A stretch of DNA of 64,000 nt from an uncultured Chloroflexia bacterium (GTDB taxonomy: Bacteria; Chloroflexota; UBA6077; JACCZL01): NCBI GenBank assembly GCA_963765765.1, contig CAVXYC010000028.1, positions 32,001 to 96,000 on the forward strand, in the 5' to 3' direction. Positions 55,631 to 64,000 of this stretch are shown here, in pieces. A program made the translations under genes and the position numbers. Under the pieces are notes generated by a model that did not search any database, was not told the origin of the DNA, and worked only from the letters and a program-made list of their open reading frames with translations. The stretch's first letter is position 1. Every line of letters begins with the position of its first letter.

Positions 55631-57380
55631 TCACTCGACTAAGAACACCGGCGCTTCGACGTGAGTACCGTACACCACCTTGAGGGCATTGATGATCTCA
55701 CCTGCCGTTGCCAGTGAACGAACTGCCTCAATAGTCGGAGGCATCAGATTGTGGTCATCCGCGTCGTCGTGTCTGGCCGCGTCCTGCAATGCCGCAAGTG
55801 CTCGATCTACGCGCCCATTGTCGCGCCGAGCTTTCAGCGCCCGTACGCGTTTGATCTGACGCGACTCAACGTCCGCGTCGACTTTGTGCAGCTCAGATGG
55901 CGCGGCCTTTCCTTCGCCACCTTCGGATTGATAGCGATTCACACTCACCAGGACGATCTCATTGCGATCCTTCTGGCGCTGATATTGGTACGCGGCGTCG
56001 GCAATCTCCCGCTGCGGGAAGTTCTGCTCCACCGCCGCGACCGTGCCTCCCAGTGCGTCGATCTGATCGATGTAATCACGCGCACCTTGCTCGATCCTAT
56101 CGGTGAGAGTCTCGACGAAATACGAACCGGCCAATGGGTCAATGGTATTGGCGGCGCCCGTTTCCTCGAGAATGATCTGCTGCGTCCGCAGCGCGATTCG
56201 CATAGCGTGCTCAGACGGTATTGCTAACGCCTCATCCCAGCCGTTTGTGTGCAGCGACTGAGCTCCACCGAGTACCGCCGCCAGAGCCTGGACCGAGGTA
56301 CGCGCGACGTTGTTGAGCGGTTCTTTGGCCGTCAGCGAAGATCCCGCGGTCTGGCAATGAAAGCGCAACCGCATGCTCTCCGGCTTCTCTGGCTCGAAAC
56401 CGCTCCTTCATGATTCTGGCCCAGAGACGGCGTGCCGCGCGGAACTTTGCGATCTCTTCGAAAAAGTCTCGTTCAGCGATGAAGAAGAACGCCAGTCGCG
56501 GCGCAAAATCGTCAACGTCCAGGCCGGCTGCCACGACATCCTCAACATAGGCAATGCCATCGGCGAGCGTGAACGCCACTTCCTGGATGGCCGTGGAACC
56601 GGCCTCGCGGATGTGATAGCCGGACACGTTGATCGGGTTGTAGCGCGGAAGGTTCTGAACCGAATAGACGATCAGATCTCGCACGATGCGCATACTTGCC
56701 CGCACCGGAAAGACCCACTCTTTTTGAGCAATGAACTCCTTGAGTATGTCCGCCTGGACGGTGCCGGAAAGCGATTCACGCGAAATGCCGCGTTCTTCGG
56801 CCACTACTAAGTACATGCTCAAAAGAATCCACGCACTCGGGTTGATCGTCATCGAAACCGAGATTTTTCCGAGATCGATTCCGTCGAATAGCTCGTGCAT
56901 GTCCTCGACCGAATCGATCGCTACACCCTCGCGACCTACCTCGCCAAGCGAGCGCGGGTCATCCGAGTCAATGCCCATGAGCGTGGGCATATCGAAATCG
57001 GTGCTGATCCCCGTCTGCCCCTGAGCGATGAGGAACTTGAAGCGACTATTCGTGTCACTGGCCGTTCCGAACCCGGCAATCTGACGCATGGTCCAGGGAC
57101 GAGCCCGGTACATTGTGGGGTAGGGACCGCGCGTGTAGGGGAAGTCCCCTGGAAATCCGACGTCTCGCAAGAAATCGTGCTCCGAGACGTCGTTGGGCGT
57201 GTAGACCGGTGCGACAGGCTCGCCGGACAACGTGGTGAACTCTTCTTTTCGCTGCGGGACCGCTCGAAGCGAAGCGGCATACGCTCCGTTCTCCCACTCC
57301 ACCTGTCGTTCTCTGACAGGATCGGAGCTTGAGGTGGAGTCTGCGCCCGTAGGGTCCTTTCCTCGATCGGTCTGAGACAC
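55631..57380 (-). CDS. hcmA: 2-hydroxyisobutyryl-CoA mutase large subunit (frameshift ~56390)
   Basis: WTMRQIAGF (Ile at the specificity position), [25 protein letters not shown]. Confidence 0.85.
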
Positions 57381-57384
57381 GATG

Positions 57385-58377
57385 CTACCTCGTAGGAGTC
57401 TGCTCCCCGAACCATCGATCCACGATGATTCGGGCGGCACGATGGGCGTCCGACTGTCCTGAGCGGACAGTGGCAATCGTATCGCGAAGCGCGGCCTGTT
57501 CACGAACCGCCTGATCGAATCTTTGACGCATCTGCGTCAGCACGAGGTCGAGGACATGTGCTTCCGCATGCATTGCACGCCGCTCGAGCAGTGCTCCGGA
57601 ATCCTCCGACACATGATGATGCCGAACGATGGTCTGCCAGAGCGTCTCTAGCCCCGTCCCATCGGTCGCGATGGTCTCAATGATTGGAACGCCCCAGCTC
57701 TTATCGGCGCGCTCACCAAGTGTCAGCATCGCCCGAAGCTCGGCCATCGTCTGGCTTGCACCGGGCCGATCGGCCATATTGACAACCAGCACATCCGCGA
57801 TCTCCAGAACGCCCGCCTTGAGGGTCTGCACCGAATCACCTAACCCCGGCGCAACGAGAACAACGACCGTGTCAGCGGTTCGAACGATGTCTATCTCACT
57901 CTGCCCAACGCCCACGGTCTCGACGAGTATCAGGTCGTATTCACAGGCATCCAAGATGTTGATGGCATCGCGCGTCGCGGCAGCGAGACCACCCATGGCA
58001 TGTCTTGCCGCCATGCTGCGAATGAACACGCCGGAATCTCCGGCGTGCCGGTTCATCCGAACCCTGTCGCCCAGGATCGCTCCGCCGCTATATGGACTGG
58101 ACGGGTCTACGGCAATAACCGCGACCCGTAGCGAATCGGCACGTGCCTGGTCGATGAGCTTATCAACGAGTGTGCTTTTGCCAGCGCCAGCGGGGCCGGT
58201 GATGCCCACCACATGCGCATGGCCTGATGGAGGAACAACGAGGCTATTCAAGGCTGTGTCGGCGTTCTCCGCAGCCGAGAGTCCACGACCGATCTCACGC
58301 GGTGTAGAGCGACGGCTCCAGACGCCGGAATGACCACGGGGTTGGGCTTCGGGCGGATGCGAAATCTGACCGGTCAC
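57385..58377 (-). CDS. meaB: MeaB/MeaH (ArgK) mutase-associated GTPase
   Basis: [35 protein letters not shown]. Confidence 0.93.
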   Translation of the reverse strand: MTGQISHPPEAQPRGHSGVWSRRSTPREIGRGLSAAENADTALNSLVVPPSGHAHVVGITGPAGAGKSTLVDKLIDQARADSLRVAVIAVDPSSPYSGGAILGDRVRMNRHAGDSGVFIRSMAARHAMGGLAAATRDAINILDACEYDLILVETVGVGQSEIDIVRTADTVVVLVAPGLGDSVQTLKAGVLEIADVLVVNMADRPGASQTMAELRAMLTLGERADKSWGVPIIETIATDGTGLETLWQTIVRHHHVSEDSGALLERRAMHAEAHVLDLVLTQMRQRFDQAVREQAALRDTIATVRSGQSDAHRAARIIVDRWFGEQTPTR

Positions 58378-58447
58378 GAGAGGCAAGTATACTCTCCCGC
58401 ACCAGTCGCCCCTGATCACCGACTCAATTTCTACGTTCGGAGAAGCA

Positions 58448-58993
58448 ATGACCAAGCTACCGTATCTCGATCATTGGCCCAATTTGCCTGATACCGTGTT
58501 CGTCGCTCCTGGTGCCATGATCATCGGTCGCGTCACTATGGGCGATCACTGTAGCGTGTGGTTCGGGTCCATCGTTCGAGCCGACAGTAACGACATCGTT
58601 TTTGGCGTGGGCGTCAACATTCAGGACAATTCGACACTTCATACGGATGCGGACGCGCCAACGATTCTCGGCAACGATGTCACTGTGGCTCATCGGGCAG
58701 TAGTGCACGGCTCAAAGGTCGGCGATCATTCGATGATCGCCATCGGCGCGGTGGTACTGAGTCGTTCCACGATCGGTGAAGGCTCGATCATCGGCGCTGG
58801 CGCGCTGGTCCCCGAGGGCTCAACCATACCGCCACGATCGCTTGTTCTTGGCGTGCCAGGCAAAGTGGTCCGAGAGGTTAAAGATTCGGAATACGAGCGT
58901 ATTTTGCGCACGGCGAATAACTATCGTCGCTATTGCGCCGAGTATCTCAAGCGTCTCGGCAGCTCCATCGAATCGCTTCCTCACCTGGGTTAG
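58448..58993 (+). CDS. Gamma carbonic anhydrase family protein (PaaY/CaiE/YrdA-like)
   Basis: Hexapeptide repeats, NIQDNSTLH, HRAVVHG, GVPGK. Confidence 0.93.
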   Translation: MTKLPYLDHWPNLPDTVFVAPGAMIIGRVTMGDHCSVWFGSIVRADSNDIVFGVGVNIQDNSTLHTDADAPTILGNDVTVAHRAVVHGSKVGDHSMIAIGAVVLSRSTIGEGSIIGAGALVPEGSTIPPRSLVLGVPGKVVREVKDSEYERILRTANNYRRYCAEYLKRLGSSIESLPHLG

Positions 58994-59067
58994 AGAGCTT
59001 CCACGCGCGTCTAACTGTCCTTAGCGGTTCGGTTGAAAGCGCTACGGCACCTTGTGCGCGACTCGAC

Positions 59068-59787
59068 TCAACTGGCGGCGTCGGTCTCCGCGCCGGCCTC
59101 CGACGACGTCGTTACAACCGTCGAGTAGGGCTCCAGCGCCGCAACAAGCCGACGGACCAGGTCTCGGTGGCGCGCCGATTCTTCAGCCGTCATCTCAGGT
59201 AGATCCACGGCGAGCAAAAGGTGTGGGAATTGTCGACGTACGGCGAGTCGCCAAAGTCGGCCGCGCTGTTCTCCCAGCGTGTTGAGCAGCACTTCACACA
59301 GCGCCTCGGCCTTGCCGCCTCCGTGAGCCACGCGGTGATCGCTACTGGATAGCTCATTGACGCCCCATTGCTCAGTCTGAATCTCTTTCTGTGCCAGTCC
59401 CGAGAGCAGCGTTCGCGGACGATACACTTCCAAACCCCAGATAGGCTGGTGTCGTAGCTCAAAGCGCAGCAAGAGCAGGTCGTTTCGCCGAAGAAGCCGA
59501 TTGACGATCAGCAAGGCAATCAAATCCCGTGGTTTGAGCAGCACAGTCACCACCATGCGCTGAAAAGGCGCGTCCTGGTCTGAAGCGGTGATGTGAAACG
59601 CCGAGCTCGCCGTCCATCGTACCTGCGACGTACCACCTAGCGGCTGAATCAGCTCAGTCACCCAGGCGGCGGCCGCCCGGAGTCGGCGCCGGCCGCCGAA
59701 GAGCGCAACCGCATACGAGCCGAAAAAGGCAATGCAGAACGCCGTGGCGAGAATGCCACCGATGTCTTCAAAGATTGTTGGATCCAC
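59068..59787 (-). CDS. Hypothetical membrane-anchored protein
   Basis: N-terminal TM helix, directly follows mpg. Confidence 0.65.
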   Translation of the reverse strand: MDPTIFEDIGGILATAFCIAFFGSYAVALFGGRRRLRAAAAWVTELIQPLGGTSQVRWTASSAFHITASDQDAPFQRMVVTVLLKPRDLIALLIVNRLLRRNDLLLLRFELRHQPIWGLEVYRPRTLLSGLAQKEIQTEQWGVNELSSSDHRVAHGGGKAEALCEVLLNTLGEQRGRLWRLAVRRQFPHLLLAVDLPEMTAEESARHRDLVRRLVAALEPYSTVVTTSSEAGAETDAAS

Positions 59788-60396
59788 TTACACCGCTCCG
59801 GGGCTTGCATCACCTAGACCAATGCTTCGTCTGGGTGGCCGAGACACCCAGGGATTGTCGCGTATCCAGAAGCGCCAGGGCCGCGTGGCCCATTCGCCCG
59901 CGTAAGCCACACCCACACGAGGTCCGGACTCGACGTCTAGCGGATCAAGATTGCGCTCAGCCTGGAGGTACAACGGAGGCATAGTGATATCGTGGCCGGT
60001 AAACTGACGGTCAATTCCTAGCGCCTGACATCAGCCGGCCCGGGCCGTCTGTGCGTTTTTCGACGTTCTGCAGAGGCTCTCCGCCACGAATCAATACGGC
60101 AGCCGGTATATTGATTTCCTCCGTGACGATGTTGAGGCAATTATGGAATCCATAGATCAGGAAAACGTAGGCGTGTCCCGCTGGGCCGAACATCACCTCC
60201 GTCCGACGAGTGCGGCCCCGCGATGCGTGACTCGCGCGATCCTCGGCCCCACGTACGCCTCCGTTTCCACGATTCGCACGCGTGAAATGACACCTGTGGG
60301 ACGTTCGAAAACAAGCACAGTCCCCAGAAGCTCTCGCGCCACGGTCACGGTGTCTCGTTCGAAGTAGGCCCGATCGAGGACCGTTCCGCTCTCCAT
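59788..60396 (-). CDS. mpg: DNA-3-methyladenine glycosylase (AAG/MPG family), frameshifted
   Basis: [44 protein letters not shown]. Confidence 0.92.
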
Positions 60397-60474
60397 GCGC
60401 TCATTCTAATCGCCGAGCGTTTGTTCTGTGGGGCGGCTTGCTATGATGGGTTCAGCCTGGGCGAAGGAGTTGCG

Positions 60475-61455
60475 GTGGCGGAGCGCACGCTGGTTGAGGC
60501 CATTCGAGACGGGCTGCGAGAAGAGATGAAGCGCGACTCCAGCGTCATTGTGTTGGGCGAGGACGTTGGTAAGCACGGGGGCGTCTTTGGCGTGACCGAG
60601 GGTCTTCAGTCGACGTTTGGCGCCGATCGCGCGATCGACACTCCGCTTGCCGAGCTAGGGATCGTTGGCATCGCCATTGGAGCGGCACTCAATGGACTAC
60701 GGCCGGTCGCCGAGATCCAGTTCGCGGATTATATTCATCCCGCATTCGACCAGATCGTAAACGAGGCCGCGAAGATCCGATATCGCTCGAACGGACAGAA
60801 CATCTGCCCACTGGTAGTCCGGGCCCCATTCGGCGCAGGCGTCGGCGGCGGTCTCTATCATTCGCAGAGCGTTGAGGCGCTGTTCTATCACGTTCCGGGG
60901 CTGAAGGTAGTCATTCCTTCGGATCCCTATGACGCCAAAGGACTTCTGAAGGCCGCAATCCGTGATGACGATCCCGTCCTGTTCTTTGAGCACAAGCATT
61001 CATACCGACGGTCGAAATTGGATGTCCCCGACGCCGAGTACGTCATACCGCTCGGCACTTCGGCCGTGAAGAGATCGGGAACGGACATCTCCGTCATCAC
61101 CTACGGCGTTGGTGTGCATCACGCTCTCGAGGCTGCCGACCAAGCGGAGCGGGAGGGCATTTCGGTGGAAGTGCTTGACCTTCGCTGTCTGGCGCCGCTT
61201 GATCGCGACGGGATTGCTGCCACAGTTACGAAGACGAACAAAGTGCTCATCTTGCATGAGGACGGCAAAACTGGCGGGGTGGGCGCTGAAGTATCGGCCT
61301 ACATCGGCGAAGCACTCTTCGAGGAGCTGGATGGACCGTTAATGCGCATCGCCGGCGCGGATTCTCATATTCCGTATGCACCGTCGCTGGAATCCGCGGT
61401 CATTCCCAATGTAGCTGACGTTGTCAACGGAATTCGTAAACTCGCGGCCTATTAG
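60475..61455 (+). CDS. 2-oxoacid dehydrogenase E1 beta subunit (branched-chain type likely)
   Basis: GEDVG..GGVF, DTPLAE, EIQFADY, LYHSQS, FEHK. Confidence 0.95.
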   Translation: MAERTLVEAIRDGLREEMKRDSSVIVLGEDVGKHGGVFGVTEGLQSTFGADRAIDTPLAELGIVGIAIGAALNGLRPVAEIQFADYIHPAFDQIVNEAAKIRYRSNGQNICPLVVRAPFGAGVGGGLYHSQSVEALFYHVPGLKVVIPSDPYDAKGLLKAAIRDDDPVLFFEHKHSYRRSKLDVPDAEYVIPLGTSAVKRSGTDISVITYGVGVHHALEAADQAEREGISVEVLDLRCLAPLDRDGIAATVTKTNKVLILHEDGKTGGVGAEVSAYIGEALFEELDGPLMRIAGADSHIPYAPSLESAVIPNVADVVNGIRKLAAY

Positions 61456-61474
61456 CCCTCAGGTGGAGACGTAG

Positions 61475-62755
61475 ATGCCGGTCAATATCACCATGCCGCA
61501 GCTCGGCGAGTCCGTTGCGGAAGGAACGATTGGGAAGTGGCTCAAGCAGGCCGGCGAGTCTATAGGCAGAGACGAGCCGTTGGTCGAAATCATCACTGAT
61601 AAGGTAACTGCCGAGATGCCCTCGCCAGTGGCCGGAATCGTTGAATCCATCGCGGTCAACGACGGCGAGACCGTTCCCGTAGGCACCACGATAGCGGTAA
61701 TCGGAGACAAACCCGGCGCATCTGCTGAGGGCTCACCCGCGCCGGAACAGGTCGCCGAGCCCGTTCACGAGACGGGGAGCACGGCCCCTACGTCCCCGTC
61801 TCGGCTCCAGGACTCTGGAGGTGAGCACCGTGCTTCGCCGCTGGTTCGCAGATTGGCTCAAGAGCACTCCGTGAACATTTCCGTAATTGAAGGCACTGGT
61901 TCTGGGGGCCGCGTCACAAAGCAGGACATTCTCGCCTACATCGAGAATCGCCCGTCCGCCGATAAGCCTGCAGCCGTTGTAGCGACTACAGCCTCTCCTG
62001 ATGCGCAGCCCGCGATTGAGCACAAGCCAACGACAGCGCCCCAGCCCATTCTGGGAGAGCACGATGAGCTGGTGCCGCTCAGCACGATTCGTCGCGCGAT
62101 CGCCGAGCATATGGTTCGAAGCGTTACCACAGCTCCACACGCCTGGTGCCTGGTAGAAGTCGACGTCAGTGAGCTCGTACGCACCCGCGAGCGGCTACTG
62201 AAAGACTGGCAGGATCGAGAAGGATTCGAGCTTACTTTTGTGCCGTTCTTTATCAAGGCAGTGACCGAGTCGCTTCGGGATCATCCAATCATAAATTCCA
62301 GCTGGTCAGATGCCGGAATCATCATGAAGGGACATATCAACATCGGCCTCGCTGTTGCGGTCGAAGATGGTCTCATCGTCCCCGTAATCCATCATGCAGA
62401 CCGCCAGAGCATCGCGGGGCTTGCCCACGGAGCACGAGAGCTTGTGGTTCGAGCCCGTCAACACCAGCTTCAGCCTGCCGACGTCCAGGGTGGAACGTTC
62501 ACGGTGAATAACACGGGCGCCCTGGGCTCCATCATGTCCGCACCGATCATCCCGCAGCCCCAGGCAGGCATCGTCACGATGGAAGCAATCGTCAAACGCC
62601 CCGTGGTAAGGGATGATGCTATTGCCATCCGATCGATGATGAATGTCTGCCTGTCCTTTGACCATCGGGTCACCGATGGTGCGCAAGGGTTGCGATTCTT
62701 GCAGAGTGTGCGTCGGCGACTGGAGTCATTCGATCGCGGAACATCACTCTACTGA
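61475..62755 (+). CDS. Dihydrolipoamide acyltransferase E2
   Basis: TDKV lipoyl domain, ASPLVRRLA E3-binding domain, DHRVTDG. Confidence 0.95.
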   Translation: MPVNITMPQLGESVAEGTIGKWLKQAGESIGRDEPLVEIITDKVTAEMPSPVAGIVESIAVNDGETVPVGTTIAVIGDKPGASAEGSPAPEQVAEPVHETGSTAPTSPSRLQDSGGEHRASPLVRRLAQEHSVNISVIEGTGSGGRVTKQDILAYIENRPSADKPAAVVATTASPDAQPAIEHKPTTAPQPILGEHDELVPLSTIRRAIAEHMVRSVTTAPHAWCLVEVDVSELVRTRERLLKDWQDREGFELTFVPFFIKAVTESLRDHPIINSSWSDAGIIMKGHINIGLAVAVEDGLIVPVIHHADRQSIAGLAHGARELVVRARQHQLQPADVQGGTFTVNNTGALGSIMSAPIIPQPQAGIVTMEAIVKRPVVRDDAIAIRSMMNVCLSFDHRVTDGAQGLRFLQSVRRRLESFDRGTSLY

Positions 62756-62795
62756 TCGCGCGCCCCTGGAAGCATCTGGTATCCTGAGCCCCGCA

Positions 62796-63746
62796 ATGCT
62801 CGAATTGCCCGTGTTTGACCACGTCCCGCGCACGCAACCGATAAGCCCGGACGCCCCGTCGGTGCGCGGCTCCCGGCCTGACTGGCTTCGCGTTCGACTG
62901 CGCATGGGCGATCACTACCGTGAGCTCAAGTCGCTGATGCGAGAGCGAGGCTTGCACACGATTTGTGAAGAAGCGATGTGCCCGAACATTGGTGAGTGCT
63001 GGGAAAATCGTACTGCGACGTTTCTGATTCTCGGAGATGTGTGTACTCGAAACTGCGGATTCTGTTCCGTCACTACGGGCCGGCCACCTGCCCTAGATGA
63101 GAACGAGCCTGAGAGACTTGCGGAAGCTGTTTCGAGCCTCGGGCTGCGCCACGTTGTGATCACTTCTGTCACCCGAGATGACCTTCCTGATGGCGGCGCC
63201 CAGATATTTGCCCGAACGATCAAGCGACTTCGCGAACAGGACCCTGAGATAGGGATCGAGGTGCTGATCCCTGATTTTCAAGGCAATTGGTCAGCTCTTG
63301 AGACGGTCATGGATGCGCGGCCAGATATTCTCAATCACAATCTGGAATCGGTGCCGCGGCTCTACCAACGAGTGCGACCGAAAGCCATCTACCACCAATC
63401 GCTGGAGCTACTTCAACGGGCGAAGACCCGCGTACCATCGGCCGTGACGAAGTCCGGTCTCATGGTGGGTCTCGGAGAATCGCGCGATGAGCTGATCTCG
63501 ACATTTCACGATCTCCGGAGGCACAACGTGAATGTACTGACCGTTGGTCAATATCTCCGACCCACCCCCAGGCATTTACCAATCGAGCGTTACTACACCC
63601 CTGACGAGTTCGCTGAGCTTAAGCAGGTCGCCGTCGAGCTGGGTTTTGAGCACGTCGAGTCCGGACCGTTAGTTCGTTCGTCATACCACGCACATGAGCA
63701 GGTGCCATCGAGCGCCCAGCGATCCTCCAGCGGAAGGTCTTCTTGA
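62796..63746 (+). CDS. lipA: Lipoyl synthase
   Basis: CEEAMCPNIGEC, CTRNCGFC, VRSSYHA. Confidence 0.97.
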   Translation: MLELPVFDHVPRTQPISPDAPSVRGSRPDWLRVRLRMGDHYRELKSLMRERGLHTICEEAMCPNIGECWENRTATFLILGDVCTRNCGFCSVTTGRPPALDENEPERLAEAVSSLGLRHVVITSVTRDDLPDGGAQIFARTIKRLREQDPEIGIEVLIPDFQGNWSALETVMDARPDILNHNLESVPRLYQRVRPKAIYHQSLELLQRAKTRVPSAVTKSGLMVGLGESRDELISTFHDLRRHNVNVLTVGQYLRPTPRHLPIERYYTPDEFAELKQVAVELGFEHVESGPLVRSSYHAHEQVPSSAQRSSSGRSS

Positions 63747-64000
63747 GTCAGCAGCCCACACCCGGCCGGCCCACCGGGCCCCCACCACAGGCGACGCCCC
63801 TCGTTCCCCGGAGGGGCCGGCGCAGCCTCCAGAGAATGGCACTCCAGCCGAAGCAGAGACATCCGCACCCGCGGACGAATCAACAGCCCCCTCGACGCCA
63901 GTCGGCGATGATCCGTCCATGACTCCCACCACCGTGAATTCAGAAGAGACGCTCGAGGCTCAGCGTGTAAGTCCAGATAGCGAGTCGTCTACCACGCACG

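Noticed and set aside
55631-57380. Methylmalonyl-CoA or isobutyryl-CoA mutase call
   Set aside because: The specificity residue is Ile, not Tyr or Phe, and the operon includes an Hcl-like ligase.
63743-64000. Start of a gene downstream of lipA
   Set aside because: Probably a Pro/Ser/Glu-rich N-terminus, but frameshifted and truncated by the window, so no product can be supported.

Overview
GC-rich bacterial chromosome segment. The gene content suggests Chloroflexota, but that is inference only. Many genes are broken by single-base indels, which looks like long-read consensus error. Bases 1-3980 are the end of an integrative element at the 3' end of a tRNA-Leu(CAA). It carries a tyrosine integrase, a degenerate AAA_25-like gene, an RHH-like gene and an IS110 element whose non-coding leader has recognisable bridge-RNA target and donor loops. 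The rest is mostly core or semi-core: CopC/CopD/cytochrome c fusion, moaA, murI, queF, glycosidases, an AAA+/VWA pair, pncB, an ECF sigma/anti-sigma pair, cell-wall enzymes, 2-oxoacid dehydrogenase E1-beta/E2 and lipA. Four things stand out. (1) An uninterrupted ~1125-aa histidine kinase fused to 5 predicted TM helices and a sulfatase-fold domain that has lost its metal ligands (candidate pseudo-enzyme sensor), next to an L,D-transpeptidase and two response regulators. (2) A complete 2-hydroxyisobutyryl-CoA mutase-type cluster (meaH-hcmA-hcmB-hcl). (3) An IS110 bridge RNA predicted to target GTAG-type REPs, plus two composite REPIN clusters. (4) An unexplained ~170-nt rod-shaped RNA candidate at 11.9-12.07 kb. 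No CRISPR array or rRNA was seen.
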